Source: an uncultured Acidobacteriota bacterium (GTDB taxonomy: Bacteria; Acidobacteriota; Terriglobia; UBA7540). From it: DNA of 64,000 nucleotides. Where the stretch lies: NCBI GenBank assembly GCA_963804995.1, contig CAWDSK010000003.1, positions 800,001 through 864,000 of the forward strand, written 5' to 3'. The translations under genes were made by a program, and so were the position numbers. Under the pieces are notes generated by a model. It saw only the letters and a program-made list of their open reading frames with translations. It searched no databases and had not been told where the DNA came from. Shown one piece after another: positions 29,840 to 39,642 of this stretch. How positions within the stretch are numbered: position 1 is the stretch's first letter; each line of letters starts with the position of its first letter.

Positions 29840-30364
29840 TTACAAGCGCGCCGCCACTTGCTCCGCAATGAACTTGGCGACTTCGGCTTTCGGTTTGGGG
29901 CCGGTGTAGGCGTTGGCGGCGACGGTCACTTTCACCTTCCCCTTATGAAAAACGATGCCGTCCATGAGGGTATAGGCGTCTTCTCCAATTCCCGAGACGG
30001 ACTTCTCCTTGGGGTACGTGGCAAATACGTATTTCTTGTCGGCATCCCAGTTTTTGGGATCGATCAACTTAATATCCACCCCGATGAGGCCGTCAGGCAG
30101 GACATCTGCCCCCTCGATCATGCATGATGTATCGCTAAGCCGTTTGATTTGGGCGCCTGCTCCGAAAACCTCCTCAGCATCCTTTGCGGTCAGGAGCGTG
30201 CAGGGGTGGGGCAGGCCGCTGGAGGTGGAGGCCGCGGGCATCGCCGGTGCCGCCGCACTCTTGGCCGTGTTTGGCGATGTGGAAGGCGTGGACTTGGAAC
30301 AGGCGAGAAAACTGCCTGCCCATATGAGAACGAATGCTAGGACCGAAAAACGCAAATAAGTCAT
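29840..30364 (-). CDS. lipoprotein (DUF3558-like)
   Basis: Lipobox FLAC, S/T/A/P linker, PCTLLT..DAE..FG, GIGEDAY, C-terminal helix IAEQVAARL. Confidence 0.75.
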   Translation of the reverse strand: MTYLRFSVLAFVLIWAGSFLACSKSTPSTSPNTAKSAAAPAMPAASTSSGLPHPCTLLTAKDAEEVFGAGAQIKRLSDTSCMIEGADVLPDGLIGVDIKLIDPKNWDADKKYVFATYPKEKSVSGIGEDAYTLMDGIVFHKGKVKVTVAANAYTGPKPKAEVAKFIAEQVAARL

Positions 30365-30452
30365 GGGAATCCTCTCTTTCTGAGAATCTCAAAAACCTCA
30401 GGTGATATTTAGAGCGCCGTTTATGCAGTAATGCTGCAACGTGCAATTTCGT
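30253..30452. repeat. direct repeat copy 1 (lipoprotein 5' end and upstream region)
   Basis: Aligns by eye to 33561-33750 (e.g. GGCGTGGACTTGGAACAGGCGAGA, ACTGCCTGCCCATATGAGAACGAATGC, AACCTCAGGTGATA). Confidence 0.9.
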
Positions 30453-30786
30453 ATTGCTGTCATTAACAGTCGCACCCCCTGCGGCCCTGCCGCAACTCAC
30501 CCTCCACCGGACCAATCGCAATCTTGAGAAGCTCGGGGTTACCCCGCCAAATCTCCGGCGATTTCAACACACCATCGCGGCATGAAGCCGCCGCTACCGA
30601 GCCTGTAAAGCCGCGCCCTTCCATCCTGCGCGTGAGAAGTCCGGGCTCGCTCAACGAAATCACCGCAAATTCCAAAGATCACTTGGCCGCAGTCCGCTTA
30701 CTGATGTCCCGTCAAAACCGCTGTGCCCGTACCGGTGAAACTGTTCTCACCCGAATCCGCGGCCAGCAGCCTGCGCGAGGAGTCTC

Positions 30787-33360
30787 CTACCAGTCCTTGA
30801 CATTGAGCTTGCGAAAACAATCAAACTCGGGCAACCCCACTCCCCGGCAGAATCTCGAATACTGCATGGGGAGGTCGGCATCGGGCCGGAAGAGCGTTTG
30901 CAGAAGAATGAACCGGTGATACGTAGTGTCTGCCGGAATGTACATGGGACAGGCCCTCACGGGGGCGCCACTCAAGCCCGGCGGCGATCCGCTCTGGTGA
31001 TCGCTCAACCCGCAGGCGTGGCCTACCTCGTGGATCGCGATCTGGGTGGTGAACTGGCGAACCAATGCCTCCCGGCTGGCCGGACTCCGCAAATTGTCGT
31101 GGGCGCGTTGCGCCAGCCAGGGAGGGAAACCTGCACCCGCGAGTTCCTGGCCTTGCGGCGACGTGGGCTGTGCCAGAGCGAGTCCGAGCCATTGGTACAA
31201 GTCCTCGATCTTGGCGCGAATTCGCGCCGGAAACACCTTGCAGGACTTGGCATCCTTCGGTGAGCGGCACCCCTCGCAGTAAGTTATACCCATGCTCTGG
31301 TTCTCTCCCTCCGGATCGTCCGGATCGCTGCTGCCGGGCATACTCACCACGCGCACGGCGTACTTCGGGTGGCCGCTGTCCGAGTTAAAATTGACCAAGC
31401 GCGATGCTATCGGGTCCCCCCCGCCCGCGATCAGGCTCTCGTCCAGCAGGTGGGCGATGATGCCGCTCGCTTGCTCCCAGATGGCGCTATCGAAGATTCC
31501 CGCAGGGTCGATCACCAGGAGTTCCTTACGCTTCGGATCGAAGCGGCGGAACACCTTGTCGCCGTTCTCGACGACCACGAAGCCGCGGTATTCGTCAAAG
31601 TAGGTAAGGCCGTCCCCGGTTCGGTCCTGTCCGGATACCTGGTCTTCGTCGGAATCCTGGGTACCGTGAGCGTTCATCTGCTGGTCCCACGCGTCAGCCA
31701 CGTGGTTCCTGTCGTCATCGCGGGGAATCGTCAGAACCGGGGCGTTGGTGGGTTTGTAAATGGCCTCGAGTTGGAGGTCGGGAGCACTGGCCTTCAGCTT
31801 GCCGTAAGCACCCGTGTCGGTCGCCTCAATGATCACGGCGGCCTCGGACACCCCATCGGAAGTGTGGGCTGTGTATTTGCCGTCCACCACGATGCCAGCC
31901 GGTTGCTTGTCGGCGAAGCGCAGATCGTCCTTGGGGCTGGCGTTTTGCGGGTAGTTACCGCACTGACCCCGGTGCTTGCTGACCTCGTCCAGCACGAAGT
32001 TGATGCGGCCTTTACGCGCTTTACCGCCCTCCTTTTTGGGCTGGATCCGGGCAATGACCTGCAGCGGCGCTGCCGGCTCCATCCGCACTCCCGGCATATC
32101 CTCCGCCTTGGGCGCCGGGATCCAGGATTCGTATGAGGAAGACGGCTCGAAGACCATCTCGTCATCGACCGGCTCGGAATCGCCGCCCAGGACCATAGTG
32201 CCGCTGCCGACGCAGTTATTAACACCAAGAGGCGAGCTGATCGACAGCGTTTTCCGGAACGTGGAGAAGTTCCGCAGTTCTTGCTCCGTAAGGTCGATAT
32301 GGTCCGGCAGCCACGGCTGGTCGATGCAAACCCCGATATAGTGCTCCTCGTCTCTATCGGGGCTGGTCAACGCGAAGATATAGCCGAACTTCAGGGTGGC
32401 GCCCGCGGGAGTCCGGATAATCTCCGCCACGGTACTGCCGCTGGTGAGACTGGCCGAATGGGATCCTCCCGGCCACTTGCTGGTTGCCGAAGCGCTCACG
32501 GAGGTACTTGGCAGCATGCACCGTTCGCCAACCTGCATGGAGGTGGTGCAATTCGTCCCGGAAGTGCCGGCGGGCCCGAAGACGATTTCGAAGTGATGCG
32601 TTTCGTTGTGTTGGAGTTCATCATTGCGGATCTTGGCGTCGAACACACTCCGGAATATGAGCGGTTCGCCGCCGATGGTCACCGCGGCTTGTCCCGTGAT
32701 CGCACTCGCCGTACCCTTGGGCCGATGGTGGCCGTACCAGGCGCGAATATCGGCCGGGGCGCGCTGGTCGCTCTCCGTATAATTAACGTGCGCCTTGCCC
32801 TCATCGTCCGTCACAACGACCGGAGGGTCCACATTGCCGTTGGTCGTGCCTTCCAAGCTTCCCAGGGGCTCGTACCTACCCGGCTCAAAATGAATCTCGC
32901 GTTGCTTCAGCGGCACGCCGTCACAATCCAACATTTCCATGCCCACATCCGTGGTTTCGCCCTCGTCCAAGATTCTTTTCGACGGCCGGAGGTTGAGCAT
33001 CCCGTCGGGGTTGCTGTGAGCGAGGCCGGGATCACCGTCGCGCTTCTTCTTCACCCATTGCGTGACGATGGTAGCCATCGGACTGAGCGCTGCCCCAAAC
33101 GCGTCCCCGGCGCCCTCCTGAATGTGCATGTCCCTCGTAATGAGCTTGGGGGAGGATTGACCCTCGGTCATTTTCGCCCGCGCGAGGCGACCTATGCGGA
33201 ACAGCTCCCGATAACGCAGGATGGGGTTGGGATCGGTGGGCCGGGGCACTTTCACATCAAATTCGTACAAGGCAATCGAGCCAAGACCGCAGTCGCAGGT
33301 CCATAGCGCACGGCCCAGCAACAGGGCCAGACTCATCAACAACAGTGTTGGTTTTCTCAC
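30787..33360 (-). CDS. large exported protein with Ig-like/Ca-binding regions and C-terminal zincin motif
   Basis: GTG 33360 with GGAGG RBS and hydrophobic leader; VVTDDEGKA.V.Y Ig-like strand, DDDRNHVADAW, GDGLTYFDEYRGF, HEVGHACGLSDH, downstream CPM Met-turn candidate. Confidence 0.65.
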   Translation of the reverse strand: MRKPTLLLMSLALLLGRALWTCDCGLGSIALYEFDVKVPRPTDPNPILRYRELFRIGRLARAKMTEGQSSPKLITRDMHIQEGAGDAFGAALSPMATIVTQWVKKKRDGDPGLAHSNPDGMLNLRPSKRILDEGETTDVGMEMLDCDGVPLKQREIHFEPGRYEPLGSLEGTTNGNVDPPVVVTDDEGKAHVNYTESDQRAPADIRAWYGHHRPKGTASAITGQAAVTIGGEPLIFRSVFDAKIRNDELQHNETHHFEIVFGPAGTSGTNCTTSMQVGERCMLPSTSVSASATSKWPGGSHSASLTSGSTVAEIIRTPAGATLKFGYIFALTSPDRDEEHYIGVCIDQPWLPDHIDLTEQELRNFSTFRKTLSISSPLGVNNCVGSGTMVLGGDSEPVDDEMVFEPSSSYESWIPAPKAEDMPGVRMEPAAPLQVIARIQPKKEGGKARKGRINFVLDEVSKHRGQCGNYPQNASPKDDLRFADKQPAGIVVDGKYTAHTSDGVSEAAVIIEATDTGAYGKLKASAPDLQLEAIYKPTNAPVLTIPRDDDRNHVADAWDQQMNAHGTQDSDEDQVSGQDRTGDGLTYFDEYRGFVVVENGDKVFRRFDPKRKELLVIDPAGIFDSAIWEQASGIIAHLLDESLIAGGGDPIASRLVNFNSDSGHPKYAVRVVSMPGSSDPDDPEGENQSMGITYCEGCRSPKDAKSCKVFPARIRAKIEDLYQWLGLALAQPTSPQGQELAGAGFPPWLAQRAHDNLRSPASREALVRQFTTQIAIHEVGHACGLSDHQSGSPPGLSGAPVRACPMYIPADTTYHRFILLQTLFRPDADLPMQYSRFCRGVGLPEFDCFRKLNVKDW

Positions 33361-33478
33361 GGTACAAGCTACCTCCGTTCTGGCGCGATGACAGTGTCGC
33401 AAGAATACTTCCCGCCCTGCTCTTAACCGAAGCCCACGATCAAAGAGAGTAATCACCCTCAACGCCTGGCGCCGTGCC

Positions 33479-33559
33479 TCACTGCTTCACCAGTTCGACG
33501 CGGCGGTTCTTGGCGCGGCCGTCCTCGCTGTCGTTGGACGCCGCGGTAGAGTAAGGCCC
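33479..33559 (-). pseudogene. C-terminal remnant of an OmpA-family (peptidoglycan-binding) gene
   Basis: Reads GPYSTAASNDSEDGRAKNRRVELVKQ*, the typical OmpA-domain end (ASN....GRA.NRRVE); not in the ORF track. Confidence 0.85.
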
Positions 33560-33750
33560 GCCGCACTCTTGCCCGTGCCAGGCGATGTTGTTGGCGTGGA
33601 CTTGGAACAGGCGAGATAACTGCCTGCCCATATGAGAACGAATGCCAGGAACGAAACACGCAAACGGATTATGGGAATCCTCCCTTTCTGAGAGTCTTAA
33701 GAACCTCAGGTGATACTCAGAGCGCAGTTTATCCAGGAACGGTGCACCGT
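33560..33750 (-). pseudogene. 5' remnant of a lipoprotein paralogous to 29840-30364 (direct repeat copy 2)
   Basis: From 33672: (ATA)IRLRVSFLAFVLIWAGSYLACSKSTPTTSP..KSAA; start ATG changed to ATA; fused out of frame to the OmpA remnant. Confidence 0.85.
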
Positions 33751-33885
33751 TTGATTAAGCATCGCTGTACTAGATATAATTTGCACAGTCCATCGTACTC
33801 TGAATGACCCCAGAATCTGATGGCCGAGTGGCACACGCGCTCCGGCAGGCCGGGCGGCGGAGCGCGCCGCCCGGCTGCCAAGAGT

Positions 33886-34629
33886 TCATTTGGGAGTTAC
33901 TTCTCCTTCGCGGTGCTCTTCCCAAGCGCCTCTCTCATCGGCTATCGACTCGTCGATATTGAATTTCACGAGCTCGCCGGAGTCCTTGGCGACCCACGCC
34001 GCGACCTTGATTGCCTTACATTGTGAGGGGTTTATGACGTCATATTCAAACTTCTGTGCGGCGGTGACGGTGGACGAGTCAAAGGTGAACTTGTCTGCGG
34101 CAACTCCGCCCACCGTGTCGGAGCCAGCCTCTGTAGCAAACTCAGCCAGCAGGTCGATCATGATTGTAGATCCGGTCACGTTCGCCATCAGGCTTAACTG
34201 CGCTCCCCCCCAACCTAATTCGTCGCTCTTCTTGGCGTTATGATCTTCCTTCTTTCCTCCCCACATGGAGGTGACGATCATCTCGTCGGGAGAGACGTCC
34301 GCCTCCAGAGTCACGGCGCCCACTTGTGGCTTGAGGGTCTTGTTGAAGTCATAGCTCTCGGTCACGTTCTGCTGGCCCTTGTAGGAATAGTGGAACGGCG
34401 TTTTGGGGTGCTCCATCGCAGCCGCCAGGATTTTGATGCTCTTGCGCAGTCTTTCTGGTACCGTGTTGACCGTCGGGCGGGAAGCCCCTTGCGTCGCGGT
34501 CGCTTGCGACTTGGCGGTGGGCGGGGCGCTGCTTTTGCAGCTCGCCAACAATCCTGCCACCACGAGGCAGGCCATCCCGATAATCCAGCCGCGCTCTAAA
34601 AGCGTCGGCAGCTCTTTCGTTTTCAACAT
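33886..34629 (-). CDS. hypothetical lipoprotein
   Basis: GGAGGAGG RBS, lipobox LASC, beta-rich body with G.DTVGG....K..F and WVAKD.G.LVK (LolA/LppX-like pattern). Confidence 0.7.
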   Translation of the reverse strand: MLKTKELPTLLERGWIIGMACLVVAGLLASCKSSAPPTAKSQATATQGASRPTVNTVPERLRKSIKILAAAMEHPKTPFHYSYKGQQNVTESYDFNKTLKPQVGAVTLEADVSPDEMIVTSMWGGKKEDHNAKKSDELGWGGAQLSLMANVTGSTIMIDLLAEFATEAGSDTVGGVAADKFTFDSSTVTAAQKFEYDVINPSQCKAIKVAAWVAKDSGELVKFNIDESIADERGAWEEHREGEVTPK

Positions 34630-34704
34630 GAGTCCTCCTCCGCAAGACCCGCGAGGTGCGCGTTCTTGCAAGTGTGGTTTTTGAACGACCAATTTTAAAA
34701 GGAA

Positions 34705-35026
34705 CAGACACCGAGCGTCCCTCGGGTGCCACGTAAACGATGCGGGTCATTTTGCCTTCCAGATGCTGGCTGTTGGTAAACTTCTCGTCACTCCGCTTGC
34801 CGAGCGGAAGTGTGAAATCATCGAACTTTTTAAAGTTGTCACGGGCTCCTCCTGGAATGATCGATTGAGGTGGAAGCGTGCAGGAGTTCCGGTCGGCGCT
34901 GCGGGACTCATTCCGGGCCGTCGCAGCGGCTTTGGGTGCCGGTGTTTGCAGGGGAAAGGCGGCGCGCAGGCTTACACTCAAGAACAAGAAGAGGAAACAG
35001 GACGGCACAGGAGCGACACTGCGCAT
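34705..35026 (-). pseudogene. N-terminal remnant of a DUF4892/OmpA-family protein
   Basis: GGGAGGA RBS, signal peptide, FDDFTLPLGK...F..SQ.LEGK.TRI.Y.APEGRS; similarity ends abruptly. Confidence 0.6.
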
Positions 35027-35547
35027 GGTTTCCTCCCGCCGAGGGAGATCAGCCGGAATTTCCGATTTCAACCTTACCTTTGCGCAGCATTATGCGTCGG
35101 CCTCCCTGCCAGGTCAAGCTCTTTGCCATTTGAAATCGCAAATACGGCTTAATTCCCTTTTGAGGCCACCGCCTGGTCGGAGGGCCACTCCTACATGCGG
35201 GGAGACGGGTAACATCAAAATACCGTTTTAGCGAATCAAACCAAAAGACCCATCACCGTGGCAGAAGAGACTGCTGACGTGCTGTCCTGCCAGCAACCCT
35301 TCAAGCAATTCTCGCGCAATCAAAGATTCGGACTGAAAAGTCGCCTTCACGTCCAGTGGCCGCCACTTGGTCGTAAAACGGCCGAACCGCGCTTCTGGGG
35401 TGGCCCGTGATGGGGGCCGAGGCGGCGAAATCCACATCCGAAATGTAGAAACTCCAGTGTGTGGGACATGTCCCACCAAGGCCCAGACTTTCCCTAACCG
35501 CGGGATTTCCATCCTTATGATTGGCTCTCCCGTGATGCCTATTCCAC

Positions 35548-35577
35548 TTGACAAGGCTCGGCGCGCCAGCGGAGAAT
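35548..35577 (+). promoter_or_regulatory. sigma70-like promoter of TPR gene
   Basis: TTGACA-N18-GAGAAT; both boxes conserved at 63351-63379 while the spacer diverges. Confidence 0.6.
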
Positions 35578-35698
35578 CGCCCCGGAGAGCGTGGCATGGT
35601 GGGGAATTGATCCGCCCGACGATTTCCGGTCTTGACTGCACGTGGAACGCCTTCAATTGCCGGCAACCCCTTTTGGCTGCCTTGCTCAAGGAAGTAAA

Positions 35699-37376
35699 GT
35701 GCAGCATCCCCGCGATCATTTGCGTCGGTGTGTAGCCTCGGCTACCCTGCTGATTTGCTCCTACCTCCCAGCCGCGTCCGTCCCCACCGCCTGCGCCCAA
35801 GCGCCGGAAAACCAAGCGCGCGAATTCGAACGCAAGGGCGGGTTGGCCCTCGAGCAAAAAAACTACGCCCTCGCGGCACAAGACTTCCAAGCCGCGTTAA
35901 AACTCGACCCCAACTCGGCGAGCGCCCACTCCGGGCTTGGCCTTGCCCTCCGGGAGAGCGGAAAGCTTCGCGAGGCCACTAGCGAATTCCAAACGGCTGC
36001 GAAGCTGGAGCCGAAAGCGTGGGAGCCGCGCTACCTGCTGGGGCAAACTTATATTCTGCGCGGTGACTTCCCAGACGCGGTCGTGGCGCTCCGGCAGGTT
36101 CTCGAAATCCAGCCCGGCTTTCCGGACGCGCTTTACAACCTGGCGATGGCCGAGGGGAAAACCGGAGACCGCCGCGCCGCCATCAAGGACTTTCGAAGCC
36201 TCATCGCCCTTCAGCCGCGAGATCCCAGCGCCCATCTCCAACTGGGCCTCTTGCTGCGGGATACCGGAGACCGTTGGGGCGCCATCACCGAGTTCCAGTC
36301 CGCCTCAGCTCTCCAGCCCGGAAATCTCCCCGCCCGCGCCGACCTTGCCTGGACGCAGGTTGACCTGCAACATTTTGATGACGCCCTGGGGGAATTCCAG
36401 GGGGTGTTGCAGATCGATCCGCGTTACGCGCCTGCGCACTATGGCATCGGAGTGGTGCGCGAGCTGACCGATGCGGATGACAGCGGCGTGTCGGAATTCC
36501 GGGAAGCGATACGCCTGCAACCCGACTTCGAGCCCGCGCATCTTCACTTGGCGCGTGTCCTGGTGGGGCAACGCAGTTTGACGGAGGCGCTGGCGGAGCT
36601 GGAAACCGCGGCTCGAACTCACGCCCAACGATCCGGCCATCCCCTTTGTGAGGGGCCTGTATTTCAAGAGTAAGGGCGACCCCCAAAAGGCCCTCGATGA
36701 ATTCCGCAAATCGGTCCAAGGGGCCCCGCAGAACCCCGAAGCCCACTACGAACTGGGGCTGCTCTTGCGGCAGAAAGGAGAGTTGGAAAGCGCCGCAGGG
36801 GAATTCCGCAAGGCCATTGCTCTGAGTCCGACCGATGGGCCTTCCCTTCTCAATCTCGCTCAAATCCTCAGCCTGCAAGGGAAGAAGGAGGAGTCGCAAG
36901 AAGCGATGCGGAAGTTTGGGGATTTGCGAAGAAGTCGCGACACGGTCAGGACGATGCAACTTTACAACGATACGGGCATCCGGTTGGTGGAACGGGGCGA
37001 CCTGAACGGCGGGATCGGATATTTTCGAGCGGCCGTGGAGCTCAGCCCGGATTCTTCAGAAATGCATCGCAACCTGGCGAAGGCCCTTTTCCAGGCGGGC
37101 CAGTGGGAGGAATCGAGGAAAGAGTATGAAACCGCCGTCCGCCTTAATCCTCGCGACTGGCAGGCGCATGTTGGTCTGGGCGAAGTGCTGGCACAACAAA
37201 ACCACGTGGCGGAGGGCATCAAGGAAGTGGAAACCGGTACGCAACTGAACCCGCGCTCCGCCGCAGCGTACGAATTGCTGGGTCGCCTCTACCGGCGGGT
37301 TAATGACCCGGCGCGAGCGGAGGCGGCGCTGGCCCGGGCCAAGGCGCTTGAGCCGGAAAGCAACATTCGAAAGTAA
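35699..37376 (+). pseudogene. exported tetratricopeptide-repeat protein with a +1 frameshift
   Basis: AAGGAAG RBS + GTG, signal peptide, many TPRs; removing one G at 36610-36611 restores ETALELTPNDPAIPFVRGLYF and joins the two ORFs into 558 aa. Confidence 0.8.
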
Positions 37377-37668
37377 TAGGCAAGTTTGGAGGCAGGCGCA
37401 TAGGCGTTAAAATAGGCGCCGAATTGCTCCCGCGAGATTAAGGTGCATTTTTCGAAAACAAGCCCACGTTGCGGAAACTTCCCTGGGTAGGCAACTGCAC
37501 GTCAAACTGAGCACGCGCATTGTTTCGGGTGCTCTGCCAAGACTAACTTCCTCGAAGGCGACTTCGGGACCGGAATAACTTCCGAATACCCCGTGGCTCG
37601 GGCGGAATCCGAGTTCGAGGGGTTTATTGCAAGGTGGCAGCGTTCCAAGCAGCCGAGGCGTGACCGTC

Positions 37669-37941
37669 CTATCGGAATGCGAGGACCTGGGGAAAATGAA
37701 TGTTCAGCTTAAAGCAAATAAAGAGAACCAGGATCGCGCCCAGTGTTGAAAAAATGAGGCCGGCGGGATGATATCGTTCGTTTGTCGGGCGCCAAATCAC
37801 GTGGGTAACGGCTCCGCCGATGATCGAGCCGATGATGCCGAGCACGATCGTCCAGAAGATCGTCATATGCTCGTGCATCACCGATTTCGCGATAACCCCC
37901 GAGATTAGCCCAATAAGAACATACCAGATTAAGTGAAACAT
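37669..37941 (-). CDS. GlsB/YeaQ/YmgE family stress-response membrane protein
   Basis: IGLISG.IAK, TIVLGIIGSIIGG, S.LGAILVL; GGAGG RBS. Confidence 0.85.
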   Translation of the reverse strand: MFHLIWYVLIGLISGVIAKSVMHEHMTIFWTIVLGIIGSIIGGAVTHVIWRPTNERYHPAGLIFSTLGAILVLFICFKLNIHFPQVLAFR

Positions 37942-38201
37942 ACTTTTTCCTCCATCATTTGTCTTCACAATGTCGCTGAGTATCACCCAGGGCTTGGCAA
38001 TCAACCGGACATTACTATGGCATTGATCGGCTTTCCAATCGGAGATCGTCGCCGACGGAAAGCCCCTGGATCCTCCGTCGGCTCGTCTCCGCACGCAAAG
38101 GATCTCTTTGCAGTATGCGTACATCCGGAATGAATGGTCTGTTCACAATTGACCAATCGGTCAGATTTTTGTTTGGACCGTTGGCGAAGCACTACCGGAC
38201 G

Positions 38202-38282
38202 CTATCCTCGCCAGCGAGAATATCCCCAGCCTCCACCACCTAGCAAAAACAACACCAAGAGAACAATCAATATAGTTTCCAT
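38202..38282 (-). CDS. 26-aa single-pass membrane peptide METILIVLLVLFLLGGGGWGYSRWRG
   Basis: GGAGG RBS 5 nt before ATG; hydrophobic helix plus Gly/aromatic tail (DUF3309-like); below the ORF-track cutoff. Confidence 0.75.
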   Translation of the reverse strand: METILIVLLVLFLLGGGGWGYSRWRG

Positions 38283-38611
38283 GTCTTACCTCCGCTGTAA
38301 GAGGAAGCCGCTGGACTCATCCCAACCGCAGCCCTCTTGTTTCCCACTTGCAACGTCATCATGGGCGCAACGAAGGCGGGTGTCTGCCCGATTGTGACCG
38401 CGTGTTTGTGTCTTTGTGCACACCTCCCTCTGGGTAAGGGGCTCGAAAAGATTACTACGGTGATGACTCATTTTGACCAGGGCAATGAGCAAAGCTGTAC
38501 AGACAGTGGAAAGAAGGACGGACAAAATCCAAGTTTGTAGGGTTCTAACGCCAGAGGGAAATTCGTGAACAAGTTGGATTTGCTGAATATTCTTGATGCA
38601 GCGAGGTTTCG

Positions 38612-39196
38612 ATGAATCTAAATCTGATGGATCCGAAGCTGATTGTGCTCGCCGTCGCGGTGGTTCTGATCATCGCAGTGCTTGCTTGGCTGTACGTGCG
38701 AAAACGCAGGAGTACGACTGCAGGCCTGCGGCAAAGATTTGGGCCCGAGTACGAGCGGGCGCTGCGGGAGCATGGATCAGAACGAAAAGCAGAAGCGAAA
38801 TTAACGGATCGCGAGAAGCGGGTTGAAAAGCTCAACATTCGCGATCTTGATCCCATGGAACGCGAACGTTTTTCGAAACAGTGGGAGTCCGTACAGTCTC
38901 GTTTTGTCGATTCCCCAAAGGGGGCAGTCACAGAAGCCGATGACCTGCTGTCCTCTTTAATGAAAACTCGTGGCTATCCCGTATCCGATTTCGATCAACG
39001 TGCCGCCGACATTTCTGTCGACCATCCCCGAGTGGTGGAGAACTACCGGTCTGCGCATGAGATTGCGATGCGCGTTGGTAAAGACAAAGCAACTACGGAA
39101 GACCTGAGAACAGCGATGATTCATTACCGCTCACTATTTGAGGAACTGGTGCAGGTACCAACGACTGTTAAACAAAGAGAGGTGCCTAATGGCTGA
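38612..39196 (+). CDS. membrane-anchored hypothetical protein
   Basis: N-terminal TM helix, LRQRFGPEYER, W..VQ..FVD.P...V.EAD, TEDLR.A...YRS.F. Confidence 0.85.
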   Translation: MNLNLMDPKLIVLAVAVVLIIAVLAWLYVRKRRSTTAGLRQRFGPEYERALREHGSERKAEAKLTDREKRVEKLNIRDLDPMERERFSKQWESVQSRFVDSPKGAVTEADDLLSSLMKTRGYPVSDFDQRAADISVDHPRVVENYRSAHEIAMRVGKDKATTEDLRTAMIHYRSLFEELVQVPTTVKQREVPNG

Positions 39197-39602
39197 ACTG
39201 AAGAGAAAAGAAGGGGAGCTTACGACGGCTGACCTGGCGAGCTACGGCGGTACGCAAAAGCAGCCCGACGGACCCAAGGTGGTGAAAGCCCAAGAGCCGG
39301 AGACCCCGCATAGATCGGCGGCAGTCTCAGAGCCGATGCCGTTGTTTTCTGAATCGGAGATGACAGATTTCCGATCGCAGTGGAGCAAGGTACAAACTGG
39401 TTTCGTGGACGAGCCGCGCCAAACGGTCGCAGAAGCAGACAAGCTGGTAGCTTCGGTGATGCAGCGACTCGCGGAAGGTTTCGCCAACGAGCGATCGGGC
39501 TTGGAAAAGCAGTGGGACCGCGGCGACAACGTGTCCACTGAGGACCTGCGGATTGCCCTACAGCGCTATCGTTCCTTTTTTGACAGATTGCTGAAGCTGT
39601 AA
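39189..39602 (+). CDS. soluble hypothetical protein, paralogous to the C-terminal domain of the upstream gene
   Basis: QW..VQ..FVD.P...V.EAD.L and TEDLR.A...YRS.F..L; 8-nt overlap with the upstream CDS, GAGG RBS. Confidence 0.85.
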   Translation: MAELKRKEGELTTADLASYGGTQKQPDGPKVVKAQEPETPHRSAAVSEPMPLFSESEMTDFRSQWSKVQTGFVDEPRQTVAEADKLVASVMQRLAEGFANERSGLEKQWDRGDNVSTEDLRIALQRYRSFFDRLLKL

Positions 39603-39642
39603 GGACGAACACGCCTTCGGACTCAGGAAGGAGAGTTACAAC

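Noticed and set aside
35200..35270. Possible IclR C-terminal remnant (IPF-LANQTKR vs IPALAGQVKR) upstream of the TPR promoter
   Set aside because: Needs a frameshift and is too short to support without an alignment
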